Origin: an uncultured Solirubrobacterales bacterium
GTDB taxonomy: Bacteria; Actinomycetota; Thermoleophilia; Solirubrobacterales; Solirubrobacteraceae
Length of the DNA stretch: 64,000 nt
Direction: 5' to 3'
Assembly (NCBI GenBank): GCA_963763525.1
Contig: CAVXPA010000007.1
Coordinates: 22,676 to 86,675, forward strand
The position numbers and the translations under genes are program-made. Below, in pieces: positions 12,439 through 22,923 of this stretch. Each line of letters begins with the position of its first letter. The first letter of the stretch is position 1. The notes beneath the pieces were generated by a model, which saw nothing but the letters and a program-made list of their open reading frames with translations, ran no database searches and had not been told where the DNA came from.

Positions 12439-13074
12439 ATGGCCCGTCGGATCGATGGCGGCTTGCGGCCCGGCGGATGTGGCGAGCGCGATGACGCGCG
12501 CGAGCTTTGGAACGGGCGCTACGCCGAGCGGGGCGTCCGCGCGTTCACGGAGGCACCGGGCGCGTGGCTGGTCGAGAACCGAGAGCTGCTCTCGAGCGTG
12601 CGGGGCGCTCGCGCCCTGGATGTTGCGTGCGGCGACGGCCGGAACGCCGGTTATCTCGCTCGTCTCGGGTTCGCGGTCGACGCGATCGACATCTCCGACA
12701 TCGCAATCGACTCGCTGACGGCGGCTGCCAAGGCGCAACCGCTCGCGGTGAGGGCGTTGCGCCTCGACCTTGCGAGCGATCCGTTGCCCGACGGCCACTA
12801 CGACGTGGTCATGCAGTTCAACTACCTGCAGCGCAGCCTGTTCTCCGCGCTTGCCACGGCACTCGCTCCGGGCGGATTGCTGATCGCGGAGACCGTCACC
12901 CGCGCCCACGTCGAGGAGCTCGGTCACAGCTTCGACCCGCGGTTCCTGCTCGAGGCTGGCGAGCTGCGCGACGCGTTCGCCGACCTCGAGGTGGTCCGCT
13001 ACGAGGAAGGGGTGCGCGAACGCTCCGGCCGGGCACGAGCGGTCGCGAGCCTGGTCGCGCGAAGACCGGGCTGA
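12439..13074 (+). CDS. Class I SAM-dependent methyltransferase (TehB-like)
   Basis: ALDVACGDGRNAGYLARLGFAVDAIDIS, NYLQRSLF, LAPGGLL. Start position uncertain. Confidence 0.85.
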   Translation: MARRIDGGLRPGGCGERDDARELWNGRYAERGVRAFTEAPGAWLVENRELLSSVRGARALDVACGDGRNAGYLARLGFAVDAIDISDIAIDSLTAAAKAQPLAVRALRLDLASDPLPDGHYDVVMQFNYLQRSLFSALATALAPGGLLIAETVTRAHVEELGHSFDPRFLLEAGELRDAFADLEVVRYEEGVRERSGRARAVASLVARRPG

Positions 13075-13116
13075 CGATTCGGGACCGCGCTCGACCTTCC
13101 CGGCTGCGCTGCGTGG

Positions 13117-13632
13117 TCAGCCGGCGGAAGGAACCTCAGCGCGATCGGGATCCAGCGCCTTGGTAACCAGCATGATCTCGTGGCGGAGCGTCCCGGGCTC
13201 GGACCGGCAATACAGCGGGCTCGACATCCCGTCCGTCATCACCCGGTGGAGCATCGCCATCCCCTTGACCGTTACGGGCCGATCGCTGCGCAAGCGCGCG
13301 ATCAGTGCGTTGATCGCGTCCTCGGCATCGATCACGGCACCGCAGCAGATGATCGATACGCGACCGCGAAAGATCGCGGGATTACGTGCCTCTTTGATCG
13401 TGCCACGCCAGGTGCGAGCCAGCTGCCTGCATCGACGGGGGCGGACAAGCCGCGCCGCGCGGAGCGACAGCTCGGGCGAGAGCCCCGGAGGCGCGCCTGC
13501 CGCCAGCTCGCGCGTGAGCTCGTCGCGCTTGACGGCGACCCTGACGCGCACCGCGGTCGACCGAAGGCGCGCCCGACACTCCCAGGGAGCGTCGTAGTCG
13601 CCGAGCTTGGTTGAGATCGAGGTCGTTGACAT
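13117..13632 (-). CDS. Hypothetical protein
   Basis: MSTTSISTKLG...LTRELAAGAPP...LRAARL...TDGMSSPLY; GGAG RBS upstream. Confidence 0.65.
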   Translation of the reverse strand: MSTTSISTKLGDYDAPWECRARLRSTAVRVRVAVKRDELTRELAAGAPPGLSPELSLRAARLVRPRRCRQLARTWRGTIKEARNPAIFRGRVSIICCGAVIDAEDAINALIARLRSDRPVTVKGMAMLHRVMTDGMSSPLYCRSEPGTLRHEIMLVTKALDPDRAEVPSAG

Positions 13633-14043
13633 GGCTTGACTCCGTACGTGAGGGTTGCTCACGGTCGATTGTCCGCTGCGCGGTATGCAGAAAACGTGCA
13701 GGCGGGCGCCCCGCGATACAGATTCTGTGAAGAGTCCGATTCGGTCGAGCCTGCGGCGGGCGCGCTCGAGCCCTCCAGCGTCAAGCATCGCTGTTCTGGC
13801 GTCCGAAAATCTTGCGGGCAGGCTGCATCGTTGGCTCCCGTCTTGGCCTGGCACGAAGCGTCGATCTGCATGGATCTCGACGCCACCTAGAAGGATGCCA
13901 CGGACAGCACGACGGCAACCGCTGCCAACAGCAATGCTGTAGTCAACTCGTAGACGGCCAGGGTCCGGTGTAAACAAGTCCCGACTCGCTCCGATGTCAA
14001 TCGTCAGCAGCCTGACCACACGGCCCCACTAAAGGAGGGCTAC

Positions 14044-14298
14044 ATGTCCGAGTCAGACGTCATCGATCATCCCAATGTGCAAAACCTCGTGCTGAAGGCG
14101 CGCGATCGCCTCGCGGCCGGCAGCGACAAGGAGGCGGCACGACTTCTCACCGACGCCGCCTACCACACGCACGACCCCGAGATCGAACACCAGGTGCGCG
14201 AGCTCGCGGCGGAGGGGCTCAAGCGCGCGGGTCGGTTCGGCAAGGGCCGCTGGCAGGAGATCATCCGCATCACCGACCTGCGAGCACAGCAGGCCTGA
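14044..14298 (+). CDS. Small hypothetical helical protein (84 aa)
   Basis: Strong RBS AAAGGAGG just upstream of the ATG; GC3-biased codons; hairpin after the stop. Confidence 0.75.
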   Translation: MSESDVIDHPNVQNLVLKARDRLAAGSDKEAARLLTDAAYHTHDPEIEHQVRELAAEGLKRAGRFGKGRWQEIIRITDLRAQQA

Positions 14299-14308
14299 CG
14301 GCCCGACC

Positions 14309-14332
14309 GGCGGGCGCCTGTTCGCGCCCGCC
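14309..14332 (+). terminator. GC-rich hairpin, putative terminator
   Basis: GGCGGGCG-8 nt-CGCCCGCC just after the stop at 14298; no U-tract. Confidence 0.4.
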
Positions 14333-14341
14333 CGGCGGTCG

Positions 14342-14401
14342 CACCCCTCAGCTCACTTCGGTGAGCGGATCCACCCCTCGGCTCACTTCGGTGAGCGGAT
14401 C
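14342..14401. repeat. Two tandem 30-bp units, each with a GCTCAC-TTCG-GTGAGC hairpin
   Basis: CACCCCTC(A/G)GCTCACTTCGGTGAGCGGATC twice, one mismatch. Confidence 0.9.
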
Positions 14402-14677
14402 CGTGGGCGGGTCCAATCCACCACGAGTTCCCCGGTCCGGAGCGAACTCTGACACTCGCGCCGTTCTTCGTTCACTCGCTCAACCGGGCGGCGGATACAC
14501 GTGAGGAGTTCTACGTAGCCGCCGCGAACGTCGGCAAATCAGCGACAGCACCGCTACTGGTGTGCGCCGGCCGCTTGCCCCTGCCCCAGGGCGCCTGCGC
14601 AAGCCGTAGCCAAGCGCCTCAGGCGCCGACCGTGGCGAATCTCGCCGCCGGTCGTGCAATGCTGTCCGCAAACAGCA

Positions 14678-15859
14678 ATGCTTGAGAGCGAGCCACCAAG
14701 ATTGCGCGTCAGCACAGGGGTTGCCACGCTCGACGAGGTCCTGGGCGGGTTGTATTGGGGCGACAACGTGGTCTGGGAGTTGGACGGGGCACCCGCGCTC
14801 CCGTTTTACACCGCGATCGCCCGCATGAGCGACGCGTTCGAAATCAAGATGTTCATCTCGGTGGGCGACTCGCCCGAGCTCCCCAAGGTCCGGAACTTGA
14901 CTGTCATCAAGGCCGGGCCTGGCACGGACCTGGTCCAGATCGGCGATCTCCTGCGCGAGATCCAGCGTCGCTGCCAGCCCCCCAGCCGCCGCTTGCTCCT
15001 GTTCGAATCGCTCGACACGATGGTCGCGACGTGGGGTGCGAACAGCACGCGGGCTTTCTTCGCGCGCTGCTGTCCGCTCTTGCTGGAGGTCGGCGCGGTT
15101 GCGTATTGGGCGATGAGCGCGCGGGCGATCCCCGCTGCCGTGCGCCATACGGTCGAGACCGTGACGCAGTGCGTGTTGCGCGTCGACGAGCGCAGCGTCC
15201 GCGTGGCCAAGGCGGAGGGCCGGGACGACAGCGTCAAGGGATCCGTCCTGCACTGGCACGAGGAGGGCGGCCGCCCCGCGCTCGAGCCCGCCAACATCGT
15301 CGGGCGCGTGGCCGCGTCCTTGCGAGCGGTCCGCCGCGCGCGTGAGCTGAGCCAGCAGGACCTGGCCGCGCTGGCCGGCGTCACGCCGAGCGCGATCTCA
15401 CAGGCCGAGAGAGCCGAGCGCGGGCTGTCGCTCGCGACCCTGGTCAGGCTCAGCACCGCGCTCGGAATCACGGTCGACGACATGCTGCACGGCGAGAATC
15501 GCGAGGTCTACCACATCGGCCGCCGCGTCGAGGATCCGCAGCGCGGATTCCAGAACGCCACCATGCTGCTGGGCAGCCCCAACTCCGACCTCCGCGTCGA
15601 CCTGGTGCAACTGGCCCCTCGCGAGACGGGCGCGCCGGCCTACAAGCATCGCGGCAGCGGCATCGTCGCCGTCGCGTCCGGCCTGGTGCAGGTCAAGGTC
15701 GCGGGCCAGACACCCGCCGTTCGCCGCGGCGAGGTGCTGCTGGCCGACAGCGAGCGCGTCGAGCAGTGGCGCAACCTGGGCAACGCCGACGCGCTCTTGT
15801 TCTGGATCGTGATCTTTCCCGCTGGCAGCACCAGGCCAGACGTCTGGTCAGCCCACTAG
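14678..15859 (+). CDS. Regulator: degenerate KaiC/RecA-like N-terminal domain + XRE HTH + cupin
   Basis: VSTGVATLDEVLGGLYWGDNVVW; LRAVRRARELSQQDLAALAGVTPSAISQAERAERGLS; HRGSGIVAVASGLVQV...WRN. Confidence 0.8.
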   Translation: MLESEPPRLRVSTGVATLDEVLGGLYWGDNVVWELDGAPALPFYTAIARMSDAFEIKMFISVGDSPELPKVRNLTVIKAGPGTDLVQIGDLLREIQRRCQPPSRRLLLFESLDTMVATWGANSTRAFFARCCPLLLEVGAVAYWAMSARAIPAAVRHTVETVTQCVLRVDERSVRVAKAEGRDDSVKGSVLHWHEEGGRPALEPANIVGRVAASLRAVRRARELSQQDLAALAGVTPSAISQAERAERGLSLATLVRLSTALGITVDDMLHGENREVYHIGRRVEDPQRGFQNATMLLGSPNSDLRVDLVQLAPRETGAPAYKHRGSGIVAVASGLVQVKVAGQTPAVRRGEVLLADSERVEQWRNLGNADALLFWIVIFPAGSTRPDVWSAH

Positions 15860-15929
15860 CCGGGTGGCCCGTGCTCGACGCGGGGCGTGCCGGGTCCGTC
15901 GGATGGCGCCCGCGGAGCCCGGGTCGCAA

Positions 15930-16044
15930 CCTGGAAATCGTCCCACTCGAGCGCTCGAGCGCGGCCAGTGGGACGAACACCATCGTGTGCATGGTCAACG
16001 CCCCGGTCGCCGATTTCCGTGGCTCGAGTGGGCAGTTATCCAGG
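15930..16044. repeat. 115-bp palindromic dispersed element, copy 1
   Basis: Imperfect terminal inverted repeats CCTGGAAATCGTCCCACTCG ... CGAGTGGGCAGTTATCCAGG; homologous to 50107-50221 on the opposite strand. Confidence 0.8.
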
Positions 16045-16151
16045 CATGCCGGAAACGCCGGCTACCCGAAGCGCCGGCAGCGACCGTCGGACGTCATCTA
16101 GCGGTGGGTTCGACGAGCGAGCCCGCCGAGCGGGGCTCGAGCGAACCTCGT

Positions 16152-17678
16152 TCAACGCGTGTCTTCGTTGAACAGGTCGGCGATCCGCTCGCCGAGCATG
16201 AACGCGGTCGCGTTCGTGGCCGCGCGCGGCACGTTCGGGACGATTGAGAGGTCGGCGATCCGCAATCCCTCGATGCCGTGCAATCGGCCATGGTCGTCGA
16301 CGACCGCGGCTGGATCGCCCGCCTTCCCCATGCGGCAGGTCCCGCACGTGTGAAAGAGCGTGAACAGGTTGGCTACGAGCCACTCGTCGAGCAGTGCATC
16401 GGACGCGAGGACGTCGTCAGCCGGAGCGGTCCGCTTGACCCCGATGCTCGCAAACGCCGGATGGGCGACGAGGCGCGCCATCACGCGCGTCGCGTCGCGC
16501 ACGCGATTTCGATCGAGCTCGCTTTCGAGGTAGTTGAAGACGATGCGTGGAGGCACGAGCGGATCCGGCGACGCGAGCGAGATCTCCCCGATCGCGTCGC
16601 TCGCTTGTTGCATCGCAACGACCGTCAGCGGCCAAGACAGCGCGCCGTTCGCGTCCGGCATCCGCACGGCGCACAGGATGATCTGCATGTCGTTGCGCCT
16701 CGGGGAGCCCTCTGTGGTGTAGACGAGCATCACGTGGTTGCGGCCGTCCTCGCTGAAGCCGGGCGGGGTCTCGACCGGAAGCGGGATGCTCGGATGATCA
16801 CGCAGGTTCTTGCCGACGCCGGGAAGGTCGCACACGACTTCGGTGCCATGGCGCGCGAGCGCGTCGGCGGTGCCGACCCCCGACGTCATGAGCAGATGCG
16901 GCGTCTCGATCCCGCCGCACGTCAGGACGACCTCGCGTGCCTCCACGACCGCGGTCTCGCCATCGCTCCCGCGCACCTCGACGCCGGTGGCTCGCCGGTC
17001 TGCGAAGCGGATGCCGACGACTCTTGCATCGCCCCGAACCTGCAGGTTCGGACGGCCGCGCGCGGGCTGTAGATACGTGAGCGCGGCGCTCATGCGCACG
17101 ACGCCCTGCCCATTGTGCGGGACCGCGCCGATGCCCGAGCCATCGGGTTCCGCCAGGTCGAGCTTGGTCGGATAGCCGCACGCGAGCGCCGCCTCGTACA
17201 TCGCCCGCTGGCTGGGCGGCCATTGCTCGCGCTTGAACCGGCGGACCGGAACAGGACCCTCGGTGCCGTGGATCGGAGTCGCGAAGTCGAGGTCACGCTC
17301 GGTCCGGCGCAGGTACGGCAGCACGGCCTCATAGGTCCATAAGCTGCTTCCCCACGCGTCGTAGTCATCCGGCAGGCCGCGCTGGAAGACCGTGCCGTTG
17401 ACCGCGCCCGAGCCGCCGATCGCATGGCCTCGCACGACCGCGACCTCGCGATCGACCCGGTCGCTCAGGGCGCCGCCGTAGTACCACATGAGCTCCGGCT
17501 CCGGGATCGCCACCTGTTCGCGCCGGAGGTCCTCCGGCAGCTCGTCGACGCCCCCCGGGTAGTCGTGGCCCGATTCCAGCAGCAGCACGCGCCGATCGGG
17601 GTCCTCGGAGAGGCGGGCAGCCAGCACGCAACCCGCGGTGCCGCCGCCGACGATGACCACATCCCAGATCAATTCCAT
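16152..17678 (-). CDS. GMC family oxidoreductase
   Basis: DVVIVGGGTAGCVLAARLSED, GGSGAVNG, GVGKNLRDHP, FHTCGTCRMG, LRIADLS, ATNATAFMLGE. Confidence 0.93.
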   Translation of the reverse strand: MELIWDVVIVGGGTAGCVLAARLSEDPDRRVLLLESGHDYPGGVDELPEDLRREQVAIPEPELMWYYGGALSDRVDREVAVVRGHAIGGSGAVNGTVFQRGLPDDYDAWGSSLWTYEAVLPYLRRTERDLDFATPIHGTEGPVPVRRFKREQWPPSQRAMYEAALACGYPTKLDLAEPDGSGIGAVPHNGQGVVRMSAALTYLQPARGRPNLQVRGDARVVGIRFADRRATGVEVRGSDGETAVVEAREVVLTCGGIETPHLLMTSGVGTADALARHGTEVVCDLPGVGKNLRDHPSIPLPVETPPGFSEDGRNHVMLVYTTEGSPRRNDMQIILCAVRMPDANGALSWPLTVVAMQQASDAIGEISLASPDPLVPPRIVFNYLESELDRNRVRDATRVMARLVAHPAFASIGVKRTAPADDVLASDALLDEWLVANLFTLFHTCGTCRMGKAGDPAAVVDDHGRLHGIEGLRIADLSIVPNVPRAATNATAFMLGERIADLFNEDTR

Positions 17679-17790
17679 CCTCCTCGGGTTTCGCGAACCG
17701 CGGTAGCTTAGTCGCTGACCACTGACGGCTCGCCGAACGCCTCGCGCCACGCAACGAGCCCGGGCGCGACCGCGCGGCGCCCGGATCGCC

Positions 17791-17931
17791 GCGGTCGACG
17801 TTTCCCGCGGATAGCGCGGCGTTCCTCGACTCCGGCCGCGGAAGGTCCGTGCGGTCGAGCTTAACCGCGGACAGCGCGGCCATCCTCGACCTCGGCGCCG
17901 CAAGAGTCGGTGCGGTCGAGGTTTGCCGCGG
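17791..17931. repeat. Imperfect tandem repeat, ~60-bp period, each unit a hairpin (REP/BIME-like)
   Basis: GCGGTCGA...CCGCG starts at 17791, 17851 and 17912. The first two units close with CGCGG...CCTCGAC. Confidence 0.65.
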
Positions 17932-18010
17932 GATGCACGCCCCAATCGGCCTTCCGACGCCACGTTGGTCGCGAGCGCCGGGTGACTCGCGGCAGTACGC
18001 TTCGCTCGCT

Positions 18011-19174
18011 GTGCCGCTCGCGTCAGGCGACGACTTGATGTGGCCGTCTCCCGGCCTCGTGGAGCGACCGTATGCGTTCTACGAGCAGCTGCGGCGCGGG
18101 CCGCCGATCTGGCGAAGCCCCGCGACAGGCGAGTTCCTGGTCTCGCGCTGGGCCGACATCGCGGCTGTCGCGAGAGATGCCGGCACGTTCGGCCAGTACG
18201 GCGCCGGCTCCGGCGCGAACGGGATGGCGGCAACCGACGACCCGGAGCATCACGCCAAACGGGTGGCCGCGCAGTCGCTCGTGTCGCATCGCTCGCTGCG
18301 CGACTACGGCGAGCGGCTCCGCTCGCTGTCCAACGCGGTCCTCGACGACCTGGCCGCACGCGGGCGCGTCGCGTTCGTGGCCGACTACGCGCGCGTCTTC
18401 TCGACACGGGCCCTGTGCGCGGTGCTCGGGTTTCCGCCGGCCGACACGCGCCGCTTCGTGGAGTGGTTCGGCGTGCCGGAGAGCAGCGCCACGCAGCTGC
18501 TCTCAGCGCGCGAGATCGCGGTGACGGCCGAGCGGATGAGCGCGTCGGCAGCGTACGTGGAGGCGGCGCTGCTCGATCGCCTGCGCACGCCGCGCGACGA
18601 CGCGCTGTCCGGCTGGCTGCGACGCCTCGACGCGCCGCCGTGGCGAGCGCTCGAGTACCTGTCGAATGAGATCCTGTTCCTGTTCTCTGCCGGGTGTCTG
18701 CCGGTCGCGCACGTCCTGACGACGGCGATCGTATGCCTGCTTCAGAACCCGGGAGCGCACGCCCGCGTCACGGAGGAGCCGTCGCTCGTCCCCGCGGTCG
18801 TCGAAGAGGCGCTCCGGATCGACCCGCCGATCCAGTGGCTGAATCGCGTGGCGAAGCGCAGTACCGAGCTCGCGGGCGCCCAGATCCCCATCGGCTCGAC
18901 GGTCGTGCTGCTGTGGGGCGCCGGCGCGCGCGACGAGACGGTCTTCGAGCAGCCCGCGGAGTTTCGGCTCGACCGCCCCGAGCGAGCGTCGACGCAGCTC
19001 GCGTTCGGCCGCGGGATGCACCACTGCCTCGGCGCGGCGCTCGTGCGACTCCAGGCGTCCGTGGCGCTCGAGACTCTGCTTCCGTGGCTGGCGCGCGCGC
19101 AGCTCGCGACGACGCCGGTCGACTATCGCGTGCAGCGCACGCCCGCCGAGGTCGAGCTCGACGTCAGCTGCTAA
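18011..19174 (+). CDS. Cytochrome P450 with an atypical I-helix
   Basis: Heme motif FGRGMHHCLG, EEALR (ExxR), DDPEH; the I-helix reads SAGCLPV. Start uncertain (18011 GTG or 18038 ATG). Confidence 0.9.
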   Translation: MPLASGDDLMWPSPGLVERPYAFYEQLRRGPPIWRSPATGEFLVSRWADIAAVARDAGTFGQYGAGSGANGMAATDDPEHHAKRVAAQSLVSHRSLRDYGERLRSLSNAVLDDLAARGRVAFVADYARVFSTRALCAVLGFPPADTRRFVEWFGVPESSATQLLSAREIAVTAERMSASAAYVEAALLDRLRTPRDDALSGWLRRLDAPPWRALEYLSNEILFLFSAGCLPVAHVLTTAIVCLLQNPGAHARVTEEPSLVPAVVEEALRIDPPIQWLNRVAKRSTELAGAQIPIGSTVVLLWGAGARDETVFEQPAEFRLDRPERASTQLAFGRGMHHCLGAALVRLQASVALETLLPWLARAQLATTPVDYRVQRTPAEVELDVSC

Positions 19175-19185
19175 AGGATCGTTCC

Positions 19186-22100
19186 CTACGGATAAGAGAA
19201 GCTCGCCGTCGTGGTCCCGTGTCCCGCTCCGGTGAAGTAACTCTCGACGGTCTCGACCGTGACCGGCACCGTCGTGCCGGCGGTGCCAGGCGGCGAGATC
19301 GCATCGACGGTGTCCGTCGATCCGCAGTCGAGCCCCTGCGTCGGCGGTTGGTGGAACGACTGCGCCGGCGTGTTGCCGAAATACACCTGGAGCGCGCACC
19401 CCAGGTTCTGGCCGCCGATCGTCACCGCCGTACCACCTGCCGTCCGCCCGGAGCTCGGCGACACCGAGCTGACGACCGGGTCACCCGGCGGGTAGAGCCA
19501 GAGCTCATCAGCCGGCGGGTTCGAGCTGCAACCAGTCACCGTGCACAGCTCGACGTCGACCAGCCCGGCGTTCTGTGACACGGTCCGCGTGCTGACGCTG
19601 CCGTCGCTGTTGACGGTGAAGGTGTACTGCGTCCCGAACGACGTACCGGACTCCGCGTCGACGAACTCGATCGGTGCGATCAGCTGGTTGGCGAATCCCT
19701 GGCCGCTGATCAGCAGCGGGGTCCCGCCTGTGTCGGGCGCACCGTAGCTGCCGTTGAGCTGAGTGCTATCGGCCGTGTTGACGACCGCACCGACCTGCGG
19801 CACCCCGGCATAGGTGACGGTCGCCGGCTGCGACGCTCCCGCGAGCGATCTGATGCTGAGCGGAACCTGGACCGGCTCCACCGTCAACGGCTCCGACAGC
19901 GCGACGATCTGGATCTCGGTTCCGCTCACGAACGTGTAGTTCACGTCCATCGAGGACTCTTGCGACGGATCGCCGAAGTCGGCCCAGTCGATCGTCAGCG
20001 GGTCAAAGCCCACCCCGTCAACCGTGATCACCGTGTCGCCGGTCTCGCTCGCCAGGCTTGCGGGACCCGACGCGGTCGAGACCGAGGTGATCTTCGGCGC
20101 CGGGATGTAGTCGTACTCGCTGGGAGCCGGCTGGAGCTCGCACGCGCAACCCGGTGGAGCCACCTGAACGCCCAGCACGTTGGTCGCGAACGCTCCTTCT
20201 GGCGGCGGCAGGATCTGCCCGGCGACGCTGGCGCCGTGAGCATTGAACACTCTCACCTGGACCTGGCAGATGTCGTTGCTCGAGTTCTCGCCCGCGAACA
20301 CTCCGGTGGAGGGCAGCGGGGCACACGCGGTCAGCGAGGACAACGGAGGCGGCGTGGCCGTCATGCGGGATTGACTCTGCACCGTGAAGTCGGCGGCTTG
20401 GACGCCCCCGAACGTGACCTTGGTGACACCGCTCCTGAACCCCGCGCCGAGGATCGTGACCTGGTGCGGCGCCGATCTCAGCCCGGCGACGGGGATCACG
20501 CCGGCCACGCTCGGGACGGCCTCCCCGCCGCTCGTGTCCACGTACACGAACCGCGAGGCTGGACCGGGCGCGCTCGATTGTTCGTCCTTCAGCGTGACGA
20601 TGATCTGGGCCGGCCCGGAGCCGTCCTGCGGCGCGGGCGCGGAGGCCGCCAATGCGTCCTTCGCGGGAGGAAGGGTGACTGCGATGGAGTGCGGGCTCTC
20701 GACGGTGAAGTGCGAAGCGGCGACCTCGGCGCTGCCGACCTCGATCTCGGCGATGTCCGACACTCCACCCGACTCGAAACCCGACCCGGTGATCGTGACC
20801 TGCTCCCCGCCGGCGATGCTGCCGTAGTCGGGGTTCACGCTCGCGACGGCCGGCCGGCTCTCCTCGGCGGCGAAGCTGCACAGGTAGAAGGCGAGCCCGG
20901 CGGTACCGCCGGCGTCGGTGAGGCGCGGCGAGCCGAGCCCTGACGCCTCGTCGTAGCCGGTCCTGGCCGCGAACACCTGCCCGTTGTCCAGGCCGTAGAT
21001 GTCGTTGTTCCCGGCCGTGATGTCGTTGAACGACGCCGCGTAGGCGCTCGGATTCGAGGCCGCTTCATACAGAAGCGGGCTCACGAACCCGACTCCGTCG
21101 CGAGTGGCCGCGTGCGAGGCACAGGTCGCGGACGCGTTCACGTCGGCGAGCAGAGCGGCCCAGATCGGCGTCGCCGAGGACGTGCCGCCGATCGTGGACC
21201 AGCCGCCGGACGGGGCCGAGTAGACCGTGATCGCGCCGGTGAATTCATCCGCCTGCGCCGAGACGTCGGGCACCAGCCGGCACGGAGTCGATGAGGTGGC
21301 GTCCGGGAGATCGGACTGGCAGAAGTTGGGCGGATAGCCGAACTGTCTCTCGATGGCGTCTGCGTTCGCGTAGTCGGCGCTCCCCGGCAGCGCGAGCCCC
21401 GGGACCGTTGCCTCGCGCTGCCAGGTCGGCATCGTCCACGATTCGGAGATCCCGCCTCCGCCGCCGCCCCCGGTCGCCCCGTCGTTCCAAACGTGCTCCT
21501 GCGCGGGTGAGGTTGCGGCATCCGTGATCGTGGTGCCACCCACGCCGACCACGTAGGGCTGGCTCCCCGGATCATCGACCGACACCGGGTTCTGGCCCGC
21601 GACGGGAGTAGACGTCTCGAACGTGTTGCAGTCGTCCGCGCCGTTGTCCCCGGCGGCGCCGAACACGCTCTGTCCCTGCGCAGCGGCCTGCTCGAAGATG
21701 AGATTCTCTGCCTGTTGGAGGCCGGGCTGGCCCTGCTGCACAGCCTGCTCGCACAGACCCCAGCTCGTGCTGATGACCTGGTCCTGGTCGGCATCGACCA
21801 TCGCCACATAGTTGTCGACGGGGTCGTAGATGACGCCGTCGGCGCCGTAGCCAGGCGCTTCGTAGACGTCGATCGTCGCATCTGGGGCCAGCGCGGACAC
21901 GTCCTCGACGTCGAGCAGCGCCTCGCCGCTGCCGGGTCCGGTGGGCTGGCCGCCGTCGACCGAGATCACGTGCAGGCGCGAGATCATGCTCATTGCCTGC
22001 GCGGCCCCGAAGTAGCAGGTGTCGAACGTCCGGATGTCCGAGCGCAGGAACGGCTCGAGCTCGTAGATCGCGATGTGCTGACCGGCGCCGAGGTCGCCGG

Positions 22101-22923
22101 CGCCATAGAGGCCGAACGCACCGTAGGCGTTCGCGATCTGATCGTCGGTCAGCCCGCCGAGCTGCTCCGCCGCCACGCTGGCCGCCGGGCACGCCGTCGG
22201 CGAGCCGGGAGGATGAGCGAATGTTGCGGTCTTGGGGCCGGCGATCTTCCCTGCGTCCGAGGAGGGCGCGCGAACGATCCCGACCGGCTGCTCGGTCACG
22301 AGATCGTTCAAGCCGAGCACGGCGGTGACCGAGCCCGCGATTGCGGAAGGCACCGTGACCGGCCCGGTCGTGGCCTGGCGGAGCGCGCCATTCGCGAGGC
22401 GGTAGCTCTCGATCCCCGTGTGGAACGCCTGTTCGACCGCGGCGGCCGAGCCCGTGAAGCGCATCAGGAGCCCATCGCCCGACAGCCCCGTTACCTGCAG
22501 GCCGGCGCTCCGCAGCGCCGAGCGCACGGCCTCGATCGTCGCCTGCGTCGGGCCGAAGCGGCCAGCGAAGGCGCCTGGCTGCAGGTACTGGTGGAAGATC
22601 GACGAGTGGGGGTCAGTCACCTCGGCGACGAACCTCTGTAGTGCCGCATTGTCTCGGGGCGCCAGGACCACGGCGCCTGACTGAGGAGCACCAGCCTGCA
22701 CCGGCCCGAGCGCCCGCGCGCCAACCGGGATCCGCGGGGCCATCTGGATCGGCCGTACCGCCGCTGCCTGCGACCCGGCGGTCGCGGATGCAACCAGCAC
22801 GGACCCCGACAGGGTCAGCACGCCGAGCGTGACGCAAAGCGCGGCTCGCGCCCGAGCACCCTTGCTCGAGCGCCCGTCCTTGGGAGCCCGACTGACCCTG
22901 CGCTCAAGCCAGGTACGGAGCAT
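19186..22923 (-). CDS. Secreted S53 (sedolisin/kumamolisin) protease with pro-domain and C-terminal IPT/TIG repeats
   Basis: Pro-domain FHQYL...FGPT; EALLDVE; AAGDNG; VPDVSAQAD; GGTSSATP; [11 protein letters not shown]; repeated PxVxSVxP...GGxxVTIxG. Confidence 0.92.
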   Translation of the reverse strand: MLRTWLERRVSRAPKDGRSSKGARARAALCVTLGVLTLSGSVLVASATAGSQAAAVRPIQMAPRIPVGARALGPVQAGAPQSGAVVLAPRDNAALQRFVAEVTDPHSSIFHQYLQPGAFAGRFGPTQATIEAVRSALRSAGLQVTGLSGDGLLMRFTGSAAAVEQAFHTGIESYRLANGALRQATTGPVTVPSAIAGSVTAVLGLNDLVTEQPVGIVRAPSSDAGKIAGPKTATFAHPPGSPTACPAASVAAEQLGGLTDDQIANAYGAFGLYGAGDLGAGQHIAIYELEPFLRSDIRTFDTCYFGAAQAMSMISRLHVISVDGGQPTGPGSGEALLDVEDVSALAPDATIDVYEAPGYGADGVIYDPVDNYVAMVDADQDQVISTSWGLCEQAVQQGQPGLQQAENLIFEQAAAQGQSVFGAAGDNGADDCNTFETSTPVAGQNPVSVDDPGSQPYVVGVGGTTITDAATSPAQEHVWNDGATGGGGGGGISESWTMPTWQREATVPGLALPGSADYANADAIERQFGYPPNFCQSDLPDATSSTPCRLVPDVSAQADEFTGAITVYSAPSGGWSTIGGTSSATPIWAALLADVNASATCASHAATRDGVGFVSPLLYEAASNPSAYAASFNDITAGNNDIYGLDNGQVFAARTGYDEASGLGSPRLTDAGGTAGLAFYLCSFAAEESRPAVASVNPDYGSIAGGEQVTITGSGFESGGVSDIAEIEVGSAEVAASHFTVESPHSIAVTLPPAKDALAASAPAPQDGSGPAQIIVTLKDEQSSAPGPASRFVYVDTSGGEAVPSVAGVIPVAGLRSAPHQVTILGAGFRSGVTKVTFGGVQAADFTVQSQSRMTATPPPLSSLTACAPLPSTGVFAGENSSNDICQVQVRVFNAHGASVAGQILPPPEGAFATNVLGVQVAPPGCACELQPAPSEYDYIPAPKITSVSTASGPASLASETGDTVITVDGVGFDPLTIDWADFGDPSQESSMDVNYTFVSGTEIQIVALSEPLTVEPVQVPLSIRSLAGASQPATVTYAGVPQVGAVVNTADSTQLNGSYGAPDTGGTPLLISGQGFANQLIAPIEFVDAESGTSFGTQYTFTVNSDGSVSTRTVSQNAGLVDVELCTVTGCSSNPPADELWLYPPGDPVVSSVSPSSGRTAGGTAVTIGGQNLGCALQVYFGNTPAQSFHQPPTQGLDCGSTDTVDAISPPGTAGTTVPVTVETVESYFTGAGHGTTTASFSYP

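Noticed and set aside
13640-14040. Lower-GC 400-bp intergenic region as an ncRNA or extra gene
   Set aside because: No recognisable RNA motif or convincing ORF; consistent with divergent promoters.
15930-16044. Conserved peptide NLEIVPL...SSGQLSR in both copies of the 115-bp element
   Set aside because: Conservation follows the palindrome arms rather than codon positions, and the copies share no start or RBS.
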